A stretch of 64,000 bases of DNA from Somniosus microcephalus (Eukaryota), in the NCBI GenBank assembly GCA_052327205.1, contig CM126221.1, positions 76,570,001 to 76,634,000 on the forward strand, given 5' to 3'. Position 1 is the first letter of the stretch. The number at the start of each line of letters is the position of its first letter. Of the stretch, positions 1 through 11,448 are shown piece after piece. Under the pieces are notes generated by a model, which worked only from the letters and a program-made list of their open reading frames with translations, was not told the origin of the DNA and did not search any database. Both the position numbers and the translations under genes were made by a program.

Positions 1-138
1 CACAAACAGATCTTGAATAAATATTTGGATGTCAAATTTCGTACAAAGGGGATGAGCGGAACATTGTCTTACTGAAATAACAACAGAGAATGCTGGAAAA
101 ACTCAGCAGGTCAGGCAACATCCGTGGAGAGAAATTTG

Positions 139-174
139 AGTTGACGTTTCGGGTTGAAACCCTTCTTCAAAACT
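139..174 (-). ncRNA. Minimal type-I hammerhead ribozyme motif (PLE family A, U3 variant)
   Basis: Minus strand reads agtt-TTGAAGA-a-gggt ttca accc-GAAAC-GTC-aact. The mirror copy at 1027-1062 has AAAAC (G12A). Confidence 0.65.
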
Positions 175-494
175 GGAAAGAAAATAAAAAGATCGAAGGC
201 AAGGCTGCGATCGAACAAAAGAAGAAAAGGAGACAATAAAAGGTATTCGAAGCCAGATGAGATGGTAATGGCCCGTGGAGACAAAAGGCAGCTGAGCTTA
301 GGTGTGAAGTGTACTGGCAGGATAAGGACAGCTGCCAGGTGAGAGAGAGAAACAAAAGGAAAGGTGGGGGGGAAAGGAGGACCCAAAATAAAGGGGTGGA
401 AAAAATTAAAAGGAAAAAAGAGAGGCCGAGGTTATGATCTGAAATTATTGAACTCGATATTGAGTCCGGAAGGCTGCAAAGTGCCTAATCGGAA

Positions 495-741
495 GACCAA
501 ACGCAGATTGGGTGAGCGCTTTGCGGAACACCTCCGCTCAGTCCGTAAGGGTGACCCCGAGCTTCTGGTCACCCGTCATTTTAATTCACCGCTCCATTCC
601 CACTCAGACCTCACCGTCCTTGGCCTCTTGTATTGTTCCACGGAAGCTCAACGTAAACTCGAGGAACAGCAACTCATCTTCCGATTAGGCACTCTGCAGC
701 CTTCCGGACTCAATATCGAGTTCAACAATTTCAGATCATAA
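495..741 (+). pseudogene. PLE GIY-YIG endonuclease C-terminal fragment
   Basis: TKRRLGERFAEHLRSV...RHFNS...RKLEEQQLIFRLGTLQPSGLNIEF, typical of vertebrate PLE endonuclease. The N-terminal part of ORF 364..741 is fortuitous read-through from the inverted arm. Confidence 0.85.
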
Positions 742-1189
742 CCTTGGCCCCTATTACTTTTTTACTTTTAATTTTTTCCACCCCTTTGTTTTGGGTCCTC
801 CTTCCCCCCACCACCCCGCCTCCCCCCCCCCGACCTCCTTTCCTTTTGTTTCTCTCTCTCACCTGGCAGCTGTCCTTATCCTGCCAGTACACTTCACACC
901 TAATCTCAGCTGCCTTTTGTCTCCACGGGCCATTACCATCTCATCTGGCTTCTAATACCTTTTATTGTCTCCTTTTCTTCTTTTGTTCGATCGCAGCCTT
1001 GCCTTCGATCTTTTTATTTTCTTTCCAGTTTTGAAGAAGGGTTTCAACCCAAAACGTCAACTCAAATTTCTCTCCACGGATGTTGCCTGACCTGCTGAGT
1101 TTTTCCAGCATTCTCTGTTGTTATTTTGGATTTCCAGCATCTGCAGTATTTTGCTATTGTCTTACTGAAAATGTTTTGAAAGTCAGGAG

Positions 1190-1685
1190 CAATGTTCCCT
1201 TTAAGCCGCACATTCTCGTGAGGCAGAGCTGAATTGAGTCCCCATGCTGCAATAAGAATAGGAATTGCAATTGGTAAAAAGGGTTACAACCAATGCTCCC
1301 TGACATGAATCAGTCATTCATGAAAGAAAGATTTATGAAATAATACTGAGCGGCCTACGGGTGGCGCTGTCCAGGGAGAGTATAAATACTCGGGCACGGG
1401 CCCAGCCTGCACAGGATATTCTTAACAGGAACTAGTGACGGACACAACTAGACCTCCATGTTGTAAAACAGTTGATTAAAGCTTTGTTTAATGCTTAGAC
1501 CAAGTGCCGAGTAGTTTTCTTACATCACTCCCTTTAAGCTGCGCAGCCCCACAGCGCTCTGGCACTCCCGCGCAGCCGGCTCACTGGCTTTTAAATGGAA
1601 AAACCGCCCCCGTGCGGTATTTTGAATGGTCCGCGCAGCTCGTTAAAGGGGCCGCGCGGCCTACAAAAAATTAGAGGAAACCTTG
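1190..1685. mobile_element. hAT-type MITE (composite, with a duplicated left end and a solo LTR inside)
   Basis: Starts caatgttccct and ends gaggaaaccttg. Flanks gtcaggag / gccaggag match 7/8. A second left end lies at 1291. Same family as 49166-49323. Confidence 0.7.
1301..1527 (+). mobile_element. Solo LTR (227 bp)
   Basis: TGA...TCA termini, 5-bp TSD ctccc (1296-1300, 1528-1532) interrupting the MITE terminus, TATAAATA at 1381, ATTAAA near 1475. Confidence 0.8.
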
Positions 1686-1819
1686 GCCAGGAGCCGATAA
1701 ATTCGGCCGCTAACCGTCCTACCAAGCCCCCAGTAATGGTGGGCAGGAAGCCCGCACGCATTTCCAGATGGAAGTGTGTGCCCGCCATATTGCTGAAGGG
1801 AAAAAATAGGCGCCCAGGG

Positions 1820-1909
1820 CAACGTTCCCACGTATGCGAAACTGTGAATGGGCCGCGCGGCCCCTTAAAGGGGCCGCGCACCCAAAAAAAAATGAGGGGG
1901 GAAACATTG
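1820..1909. mobile_element. Internally deleted hAT-type MITE
   Basis: caacgttccc...gaaacattg termini. Flanks gcccaggg / gaccaagg match 6/8. Body matches 1620-1685. Confidence 0.65.
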
Positions 1910-2059
1910 GACCAAGGCCCTTTGCTCAAGATTGGATTGTCCTGAGTTCAATAGCACCGGCTGCACTCAGGAGAAGCAAACCGTGGACCGCGATGCTGCC
2001 AAAAAAATTATGTTTTTGAAATTTACTTAGCTGAATGTCGGAGCAGGGAGGAGCAGGAG

Positions 2060-3540
2060 TGCCACCCTCCTCCACCCACCCTTCCACCCCCGGCCTCCGA
2101 TCGACCCCCCCGCCCGCCCCCCACCTGGCCTCCAATCCTCTCCGGCCTCGGGCTTCCGATCCCCTCTCCCCACCGGACACCGATCCCCCCTCCGCCCCCG
2201 ATTCTCTCCCACCCACGGACCCCGATCCTCCTCCCCCCCCCCAGCCTCCGATCCCCCCCGCCCCCCCTGGACCCCGATCGCCCCTCCCCCCGGCTCCCAA
2301 TTTCCCCCTCCCCCCGGACTCCGATTCCCACTCCCCCTAGCCCCCGATCCCCCCTCCCCCCCCCCGATCCCCCTCCCCCCCCCGATTCCCCCTCCCCCCG
2401 GACCCCGATTCCCCCCCCGATTCCCCCTCCCCCCGGCCCCCCGATTCCCCCTCCCCCCGGACCCCGATTCCCCCTGCCCCCCCCCCGGCCACCTATCCCC
2501 CCCAGCCATCTATTCCCCCTCCCCCCCAGCCCCCAAACCCCCCTCTCCCCTGGACCCGGATACCCCTCCCCCCAGCCCCCGATCTCCCCTCCCCCCCCCC
2601 AGACCCCGATCCCCCCGGACCCCAATCCCCCCGGCCCCCGATCACCCCTCCCCCCCCAGACCCCGATCCCCCCGGCCCCAGATCTCCCCTCCCCCCCGGA
2701 CCCCGATCCCCCCGGTCCCCGATCCCCCCTCCCCCCCGGATCCCGATCCCCCCGATTCCCCCTCCCCCCCGGACCCCGATCCTCCCCCCCGGCCCCCGAT
2801 CCCCCCTCCCCTCCTGGCCCCCGATTCCCCCTCCCCCCGGCCCCCGATTCGCCCTCCCCCCGGACCCCGATCCCCCATCCCCCCCTGGCCCCCGATCCCC
2901 CCTCCCCCCCCGGCCCCCGATTCCCCCTCCCCCCGGACCCCGATTCCCCCTGCCCCCCCGGCCACCTATTCCCCCTCCCCCCCCAGCCCCCGATCCCCCC
3001 TCTCCCCTGGACCCGGATACCCCTCCCCCCGGCCCCCGATCTCCCCTCCCCCCCGGACCCCGATCCCCCCAGACCCCGATCACCCCTCCCCCCCGGACCC
3101 CGATCCCCGATCCCCCCTCCCCCCCCGGAACCCGATCCCCCCGATTCCCCCTCCCCCCTGGACCCCGATCCTCCCCCCCCCCGGACCCCGATACCCCTCC
3201 CCCCAGCCCCCGCTCCGCCCTCCCCCCCGGACCCCGATCCCCCCGGACCCCGATACCCTTCCCCCCCCAGCCCCCGATCCTCCCTCCCCCCCCCGGACCC
3301 CAATCCCCCGGACCCCCCTCCCCCAGACCCCGATCCCCCCGGCCCCCGGTCCCCCCTTCCCCCCCGGCCCCAGATTCCCCCTCCCCCCCCGGACCACGAT
3401 CCTCCTCCCCCCCGGACCCTGATCCCTCCGGCCCCCGATCCCCCCTCCCCCCCGGACCATGATCCCCCCGGCCCCCGATCCCCCCTACCCCCCCGGACCC
3501 TGATCCCTCCGGCCCCCGATTCTCCGCCCCCCCATCCAGC
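2060..3540. repeat. C-rich minisatellite built from ccccgatc / ggacccc / ctccccc units
   Basis: About 1.5 kb of extreme C skew with recurring ccccgat(c/t)cccc and ccggacccc units. Confidence 0.95.
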
Positions 3541-3712
3541 CTCACTTACCCGAGGACCGTTGTGATTCTGCGATCCCAGTTTTTGCAGGCTCAGCAGTTT
3601 TATTTACTAGCACAACACCTGCTGACGGAAACCAGGGTTTAAGTTAAATAAAACTGCTAAAAGTACCACCCAGTTTCCCGAAAATACATAACCTGACACA
3701 AGTTAACTATTA

Positions 3713-4022
3713 ATAATATAAAATAAAAACAGAAAATGCTGGAGATACTCAGCAGGTCAGGCAGCATCTGCGAAGAGAGAAACAGAGTTAACGTTTCAGG
3801 TCGATGACCTTTCATCAGAACTGGAAAAAAGCAGGAGATGGAACAGATTTTTAAGCAAGTGAAGGGGCTGGGAAAGGGGGGAGGGGATGAAAGAACAAAA
3901 GGGAAGGCCTGTGATAGGATAGAAGGCAGGAGAGGTTAAGAGACATTAAGAGATATTCAAGGCAAAAGGGGATGGTAATGGGGCAGGTTAAGAAACAAAG
4001 GATGGCTCTCGATGAAGTGTGA
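3713..4022 (-). mobile_element. PLE pseudo-LTR fragment (family B)
   Basis: Shares the gatgctgcctgacctgctgag 3' block with the other PLE copies. 15-bp TSD acaagttaactatta (3698-3712, 4023-4037). Confidence 0.85.
3786..3822 (-). ncRNA. Minimal type-I hammerhead ribozyme motif, intact core
   Basis: agtt-CTGATGA-a-aggtc atc gacct-GAAAC-GTT-aact: stems I and II pair and stem III is the palindrome AACGTT. Confidence 0.8.
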
Positions 4023-4480
4023 ACAAGTTAACTATTACCTGTTCTATTTTATTTAAAAGTACTGGGTTTATAGAGAAGTTTAAAATAAACTACCTCCAAA
4101 CTGATACCAACACGAAGCGTGGATTAGCTGCATTATTGAGTCAATCAGTATTTAAGATTGTACCCAGGGGATTAATAGTCTGGTGACCTGAGTTCCTTCT
4201 GACTTGTAGCTGTTGCCTCCTGTGATCCAGGGCCATTCACGGTCCCTCCAGTATTCAGGTTGTAACTATGGATCCATTATTTCTGCTCCGGAGTTAGGTT
4301 TCATTTGTCTTTTATCCCCTTTCTGTCATCCTTCACTTAATAAGAAGTGATCGTAGTTATTACTCTAATACGGCACTTCTGCACATTTACTTTTGGTTCT
4401 GTAATCCCAATGCATCACAAGACGTGTCCTCTGGCTCCTGCGCCTGTTCTAATCAATAGCGAGTTAACATACAAAATATT

Positions 4481-4985
4481 ATAAGAACATAAGAAATAGG
4501 AGCAGGAATAGGCCACTCGGCCCCTCGAGCCTGCTCCGCCATTCAATAAGATCATGGCTCATCTTGGGCTCAAAGCCACTTCCCTGCCCGCTCCCCATAA
4601 CCCTTCACTCCCTTATCTTGCAAAAATCTGTCTATCTCCACCTTAAATGTAATTAATGACCCAGCCTCCACGGCACTCTGGGGCAGAGAATTCCACAGGT
4701 ATACGGCCCTCAGAGAAGAAATTCCTCCTCATTTCCCATTTAAATGGGTGCCCCCTTATTCTGAAATTATGCCCCCTAGTTCTAGATTCCCCCACGAGGG
4801 GAAACATCCTCTCTGCATCCACCTTGTCGTGCCCCCTCAGTATCTTATATGTTTCAATAAGATCACCTCTCATTCTTCTAAATTCCAATGAGTATAGACC
4901 CAACCTGCTCAACCTTTCTTCATAAGTCAACCCCCTCATCTCAGGAATCAACCGTGTGAATCGTCTCTGAACTGCCTACAATGCA
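4481..4985 (-). mobile_element. CR1 LINE 3' fragment
   Basis: Encodes YEERLSRLGLYSLEFRRMRGDLIETYKI...TRGH, followed by the CR1 3' motif and a (ttcttatg)n tail. Confidence 0.9.
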
Positions 4986-5151
4986 AGTTATACTGCCTAA
5001 CCTCGAGGCTAAGTCATGTTTTAACCACAGGTCTAAATCTCTAAAATGTTTCTGTACGTTTCCGGGTGTAGTACTTACAGATATCAAACATTATGCCAGC
5101 TGTACATGAGTGAAGCCAAAGAACTTATATAAAACTTTGGGAGGGTTGGAT

Positions 5152-6825
5152 ATAAGAACATAAGAACATAAGAAATAGGAGCAGGAGTAGGCCAATTGGC
5201 CCTTCGGGCCTGCTCCGCCATTCAATAAGATCATGGCTGATCTGATCCTAACTGCCAATCCACTATCACAGAACCATCTCCTGAATCTAACAGAATTAGA
5301 CACACGAAACAGGAGCAGGATCAGGCTACACGGCCCCTGGGCCCGCTCCGCTACCCACAGGGCCATGACCGATCCGAACCTAGACTCATGTCCAAATTCC
5401 TGCCCGCTCCCCGTAACCCTTAATTCCCTTTTCTTCTAGGAAACTGTCTATTTCTGTTTTAAATTTATGTAATGATGTAGCTTCGACAGCTTTTTGGGGC
5501 AGCATATTCCATGGACCTACCACCCTCTGAGTGAAGTAGTTCCTCCTCATCTCAGTTTTGAAAGAGCAGCCCCTTATTCTAAGACTATGACCCCTAGTTC
5601 TAGTTTCACCCATCATCGGGAACATCCTCCCCGCATCCACCCGATCCAACCCCTTCACAATCTTATATGTTTCAATAAGATCGCCTCTCATTCTTCTGAA
5701 CTCCAATGAGTAGAGTCCCAATCTACTCAACCTCTCCTCATATGTCCATCCCCTCATCCCCGGGATTAACCGAGTGAACCTTCTTTGTACTGACTCGAGA
5801 GCAAGTATGTCTTTTCTTAAGTAGGAACACCAAAACTGTATGCAGTATTCCAGGTGCGGTCCCACCAATACCTTGTACAACTGAAGCAATACCTCCCTAT
5901 TTTTATATTCTATCCCCCTAGCAATGAAAGCCAACATTCCATTGGCCTTCTTAATCACTTGCTGCACCTGCATACTAACCTTTTGAGTTTCGTGCACCAG
6001 GACCCCCAGATCCCTTTGTACTTCAGTACTTTCCAGTTTCTTGCCATTAAGATAATAACTTGCTCTACGATTTTTCCTGCCAAAGTGCATAACCTCACAC
6101 TTTACAGTATTGTATTCCATCTGCCAAATCTCTGCCCACTTACTTAGCCTGTCTATGTCCCCTTGCAGGTTTTTTATGTCCTCCTCACTCATTACTTTCC
6201 CTCCCATCTTAGTATCATCTGCAAACTTTGATATGTTACACTCGGTCCCCTCCTCCAAATCGTTAATATAGATTGTAAAGAGTTGGGGACCCAGCACTGA
6301 CCCCTGCGGAACACCACTGGTTACTGATTGCCAGTCTGAGAATGAACCATTTATCCCAATTCTCTGCCTTCTGTTAGATAGCCAATCCTCTATCCATGCC
6401 AGAATATTACCCCCAATCCCGTGATTTTTTACCTTAAGCAATAATCTTTTGTGTGGCACCTTGTCAAATGCCTTTTGGAAGTCTAAATACACTACGTCCA
6501 CTGGTTCACCTTTATCCACCCTATATGTTACTTCCTCAAAGAACTCCAGCAAATTTGTCAAACATGACTTCCCCTTCATAAAACCATGCTGACTTTGTCT
6601 TATTAAATTATGATTATCCAAATGTCCTGTTACTGTCTCCTTAATAATGGACTTCAAAATTTTACCTACCACAGATGTTAGGCTAACCGGTCTATAGTTT
6701 CCAGCCTTCTGTCTACTGCCCTTTTTAAATAAGGGTGTTACATTAGCAGTTTTCCAGTCTGCCGGGACCTTTGCTCAGTCCAGGGAGTTTTGGAAGATTA
6801 TTACCAATGCATCCACAATCCCTAT
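5152..6825 (-). mobile_element. 5'-truncated CR1 LINE with open RT frame (5386-6672)
   Basis: QHGF, YLDFQKAFDKV, GVPQGSVLGP and FADD motifs; (ttcttatg)n tail. Confidence 0.95.
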
Positions 6826-7484
6826 CCCTATCAGTCCATGGGTGAAAATCTGATCGGAACACTGACCCCAAAGTTTACGGGCAGGGAGCAGGGGTGGGCG
6901 AGGTTTAGCGCTCGGGAAATCCGGAAGCACGGATTTCCCGGAGGTCCTGCCGAAATTAACGGCAGTACCTGATTAACATTTTTGGAAACCGTATCCAGGC
7001 CGCAACCAGCCAGATTGAGAGGTTGGCTGGCTGTCAGGCATAAGAACATAAGAACATAAGAAATAGGAGCAGGAGTAGGCCAATCAGCTCCTCGAGCCTG
7101 CTCCACCATTCAATAAGATCATGGCTGATCTGATCCTAACCTCAAATCTTCTATCACTCTCCATCCACCCGAACCCATGTGATCTCCCGGGAGAGGCGAA
7201 AAACCAGATAAAAGACCCAATGGCCAATTTGGGAGAAAAAAATCTGGGAAATTCCTCTCCGACCCATCTAGGCGATCGAAATTCTTCCAGGAGATCACTC
7301 TGTCCCTATATTTTCTACAGTACTTACCTTCTGTAAAGGCGATCTCCACCCCAGCCAGAAACAGGAATAAAACCATCTCCTGAAATCTAACACAGAATTA
7401 GAACACAGTAGGAGCAGAACAAGGCTACACGGCCCCTGGGTCCACTCCACTACCCACAGGGCCATGACCATTCCGAACCTAGAC

Positions 7485-10452
7485 TCACGTCCAATTTCCT
7501 GCCCGCTCCCCGTAACCCTTAATTCCCTTTACTTCTAGGAAACTATCTATTTCTGTTTTAAATTTATTTAATGATGTAGCTTCCACAGCTTTCTGGGGCA
7601 GCAAATTCCACAAACCTACCACCCTCTGAGTGAAGAAGTTTCTCCTCATCTCAGTTTTGAAAGAGCAGCCCCTTATTCTAAGATTATGCCCACTAGTTCT
7701 AGTTTCACCCATCATTGGGAACATCCTCACCGCATCCACCCGATCAAGCCCCTTCACAATCTTATATGTTTCAATAAGATCGCCTCTCATTCTTCTGAAC
7801 TCCAATGAGTAGAGTCCCAATCTACTCAACCTCTCCTCATATGACCACCCCCTCATCCCCGGGATTAACCGAGTGAACCTTCTTTGTACTGACTCGAGAG
7901 CAAGTATGTCTTTTCTTAAGTATGGACACCAAAACTGTATGCAGTATTCCAGGTGCGGTCTCACCAATACCTTGTACAACTGCAGCAATACCTCCCTGTT
8001 TTTATATTCCATCCCCCTAGCAATAAAAGCCAACATTCCATTGGCCTTCTTGATCACTTGCTGCACCTGCATACTAACTTTTGAGTTTCGTGCACCAGGA
8101 CCCCCAGATCCCTTTGTACTACAGTACTTTCCAGTTTCTTGCCATTAAGATAATAACTTGCTCTATGATTTTTCCTGCCAAAGTGCATAACCTCACACTT
8201 TCCAGTATTGTATTCCATCTGCCAAATCTCTGCCCACTTACTTAGCCTGTCTATGTCCCTTTGCAGGTTTTTTATGTCCTCCTCACTCACTACTTTCCGT
8301 CCCATCTTTGTATCATCTGCAAACTTTGATATGTTACACTCAGTCCCCTCCTCCAAATCGTTAATATAGATTGTAAAGAGTTGGGGACCCAGCACTGACC
8401 CCTGCGGAACACCACTAGTTACTGGTTGCCAATCTGAGAACGAACCATTTATCCCAATTCTCTGCTTTCTGTTAGAGAGCCAATCCTCCACCCACGCCAG
8501 AATATTACCCCCAATCCCGTGATTTTTTATCTTGAGCAATAATCTTTTGTGTGGCACCTTGTCAAATGCCTTTTGGAAGTCTAAATACACTACGTCCACT
8601 GGTTCCCCTTTATCCACCCTGTATGTTACTTCCTCAAAAAACTCAAGCAAATTTGTCAAACATGACTTCCCCTTCATGAAACCATGCTGAGTTTGTCCTA
8701 TTAAATTATGTTTATCCAAATGTCCCATTACTGTCTCCTTAATAATGGACTCTAACATTTTACCAACCACAGATGTTAGGCTAACAGGTCTATCGTTTCC
8801 AGCCTTCTGCCTACTACCCTTTTTAAATAAGGGTGTTACATTAGCAGTTTTCCAATCTGCCGGGGCCTTTGCTGAGTCCAGGGAGTTTTGGAAAATTATT
8901 ACCAATGCATCCACAATCCCTACCGCCACTTCCCTCAAGACCCTAGGATGCAAGCCATCAGGTCCAGGGGATTTATCCGCCTTGAGTCCCATTATTTTAC
9001 CAAGTACCACTTCCTTAGTGATTTTTATCGTATTTAGTTCCTCCCCCCCTAGAGCCCCCTGTTTGTCCAGTGTTGGGATATTCTTAGTGTCCTGATATTC
9101 TTAGTGTCCTCTACTGTAAAGACTGATACAAAATAATTGTTCAGCGTTTTTGCCATCTCCATGTTTCCCACCATTAATTTCCCAGTCTCATCCTCTAAGG
9201 GACCAACATTTACTTTAGCCACCCTTTTTCTTTTTATATAACTATAGAAACTTTTGCTGTCTGTTTTTATATTTTTTGCTAATTTACTTTCATAATCTAT
9301 CTTCCCTTTCTTAATCAATCTTTTAGTTATTTTTTGCTGTCTTTTAAAGACTTCCCAATCTTCCATCCTCCCACTAGATTTGGCTACCTTATATGCCCTT
9401 ATTTTTAGTCGGATACCATCCTTAATTACTTTACTTAGCCACGGATGGCTATCTTTTCTTTTACACCCTTTTTTCCTCAGTGGAATATATATTTTTTGGA
9501 AGTTGTAAAATAACTCCTTAAATGTACACCACTGATCATGTACTGTCTTACCCTTTAATCTATTTTCCCAGTCTACTCTAATCAATTCCGCTCTCATACC
9601 TTCATAGTCTCCTTTATTCAAGCTCAGCATGCTTGTTTGAGATCCAACCTTCTCACCCTCTAATTGAATATGGAATTCAACCATGTTATGGTCACTCATT
9701 CCAAGGGGATCCTTTACTAGGACATTTTAAATTAATCCTGTCTCATTACACAGGACCAAATCTAAGGTTGCTTGCCCCCTGGTCGGTTCAGTTACATACT
9801 GCTCAAGAAACCCATCCCTAATACACTCAATGAACTCATCCTCAAGGCTGCTCTGCCCAATTTGATTTGTCCAGTTAATATGATAATTAAAATCCCCCAT
9901 AATTATAGCTGTTCCCTTATTGCAAGCCTCAACTATTTCCTTATTAATACTCCGTCCAACAGAGTTGCAACTGTTCGGAGGCCTATAGACTACACCCACT
10001 AGTGTTTTTTTCCCCTTATTATTCCTTATCTCCACCCAAACTGTTTCACTATCCTGCTCCTTTGACCCAATATCATTTCTCTGTATTATAGTGATTCCTT
10101 CCTTTATTAACATAGCCACCCCACCTCCTCTCCCTTCCTGCCTGTCCTTCCTGATTGTTAAATAACCTGGTATGTTTAATTCCCAGTCATGGTCACCCTG
10201 CAGCCATGTTTCTGTAATGGCCACAAGATCATACCCATATGTCGTTATTTGTGCCGTTAACTCATTCATTTTGTTACGAATGCTACGTGCATTCAGATAA
10301 AGAACTTTCAAATATGTTTTATAACACTTAGTTCCTGTTTTTTCCCTTTTTAGTACTTTACTTTTTACTCCATACCTTCTGTCCCTTCCTGACATGTTCT
10401 GTTTTTTAATTCCCCCATTGCTACCTAAGTCTATGACCTTCCCTGTTGTCAT
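7485..10452 (-). pseudogene. CR1 ORF2 (AP endonuclease plus reverse transcriptase), frameshifted
   Basis: APE motifs LNARSI, ITETWL, VYRPP, MGDFN, LDLV, SDHN and RT motifs GVPQGSVLGP, FADD spread over four ORFs. One break is a 17-bp tandem duplication gatattcttagtgtcct at 9077-9110. Confidence 0.93.
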
Positions 10453-10490
10453 TTCTATTATTTGCTCTCTAGAAACCTCCCCCCCACTAA

Positions 10491-11448
10491 TTAGTTTAAA
10501 GCCCTCTCTACAGCCCTAGTTATATGATTCGCCAGGACTCTAGTCCCAGCACTGGCCAAGTGGAGTCCGTCCCAACGGAACAGCTCCCTCCTGTCCCAGT
10601 ACTGGTGCCAGTGTCCCAAGAAGCAAAACCCATTTCTCCCACACCAGTCTTTGAGCCACGCATTTAACTCTTTAATTTTATTTATCCTAGCCAAATTCGC
10701 TCGTGGCTCAGGTAATAACCCAGAGATTATTACCCTTGAGGTTCTGTTTTTTTAATTTGACCCCTAGCTGCTCATACTCCTTTAACAGAACCATCTTCCT
10801 TGTCCTATCTATGTTGTTTGTACCAACATGGACCTCGACAACTGGATCCTCCCCCTCCCACTCCAAGTTTCTTTCCAGCCCAGAAGCGATGTCCTTAACC
10901 CTGGCACCAGGCAGGCAACACAGCCTTCGGGACTCCCGCTCTTGACTGCAGAGAACCCTATCTATCCCCCTAATGATACTATCCCCTACCACTACAACAT
11001 TTCTTTTTACTCCCTCCACTTGAATGGCCCCCTGTACCACGGTGCTGTGGCCAGGTTGCTCATCCTCCCTGCAGTCCCCGCTCCCGCCCTCACAGGGAGT
11101 AAGAACCTCGATCCTGCTTGACAAGAGCAAGGGCTGCGTCTCCTTCAACACTACATTCTGGATCCCTGTACCTTCCTCACTCGTAGTCACACCATCCTGT
11201 CCCTGACCACGGACTACATCTGCAGTAATTAACTTCATAGGTGTGACCATCTCCTGAAACATAGAGTCCAGGAACTTCTCCCCCTCCCTGATGTGTCGCA
11301 GTGTCTGAAGCTCAGTCTCAAGCTCTTTAACATGGAGCTTGAGTTCCTCTAGCAGCAAACACTTATCGCAAATGTAATCACCATGAGCCTCAATGGGGTC
11401 CACCAGCTCCCACATTTTGCAACAGTGACACATCACCTGGTCACCCAT
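10491..11448 (-). pseudogene. CR1 ORF1 (Zn finger, coiled coil, SGNH esterase), frameshifted
   Basis: CHCC...CDKC, heptad leucines, GDSIIRG, HVGTNN and DGLHL across ORFs 10708..11448 and 10491..10694. Confidence 0.9.

Larger units (their letters stand above)
78..1155 (+). mobile_element. Penelope-like element (PLE), 5'-truncated, with an inverted pseudo-LTR
   Basis: About 78-496 is the reverse complement of about 677-1126. The middle encodes a GIY-YIG C-terminus. Flanked by the 15-bp direct repeat attgtcttactgaaa (63-77, 1156-1170). Confidence 0.9.

Noticed and set aside
1926-3545. Long Gly/Arg-rich ORFs (up to 426 aa) resembling collagen or RGG proteins
   Set aside because: All frames are open because the C-rich satellite lacks stop codons; there is no Gly-X-Y register and no gene structure.
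5386-6672. 428-aa intact RT ORF as a domesticated gene
   Set aside because: It is a 5'-truncated young CR1 without endonuclease, promoter or ATG context; an open frame is expected from its age.
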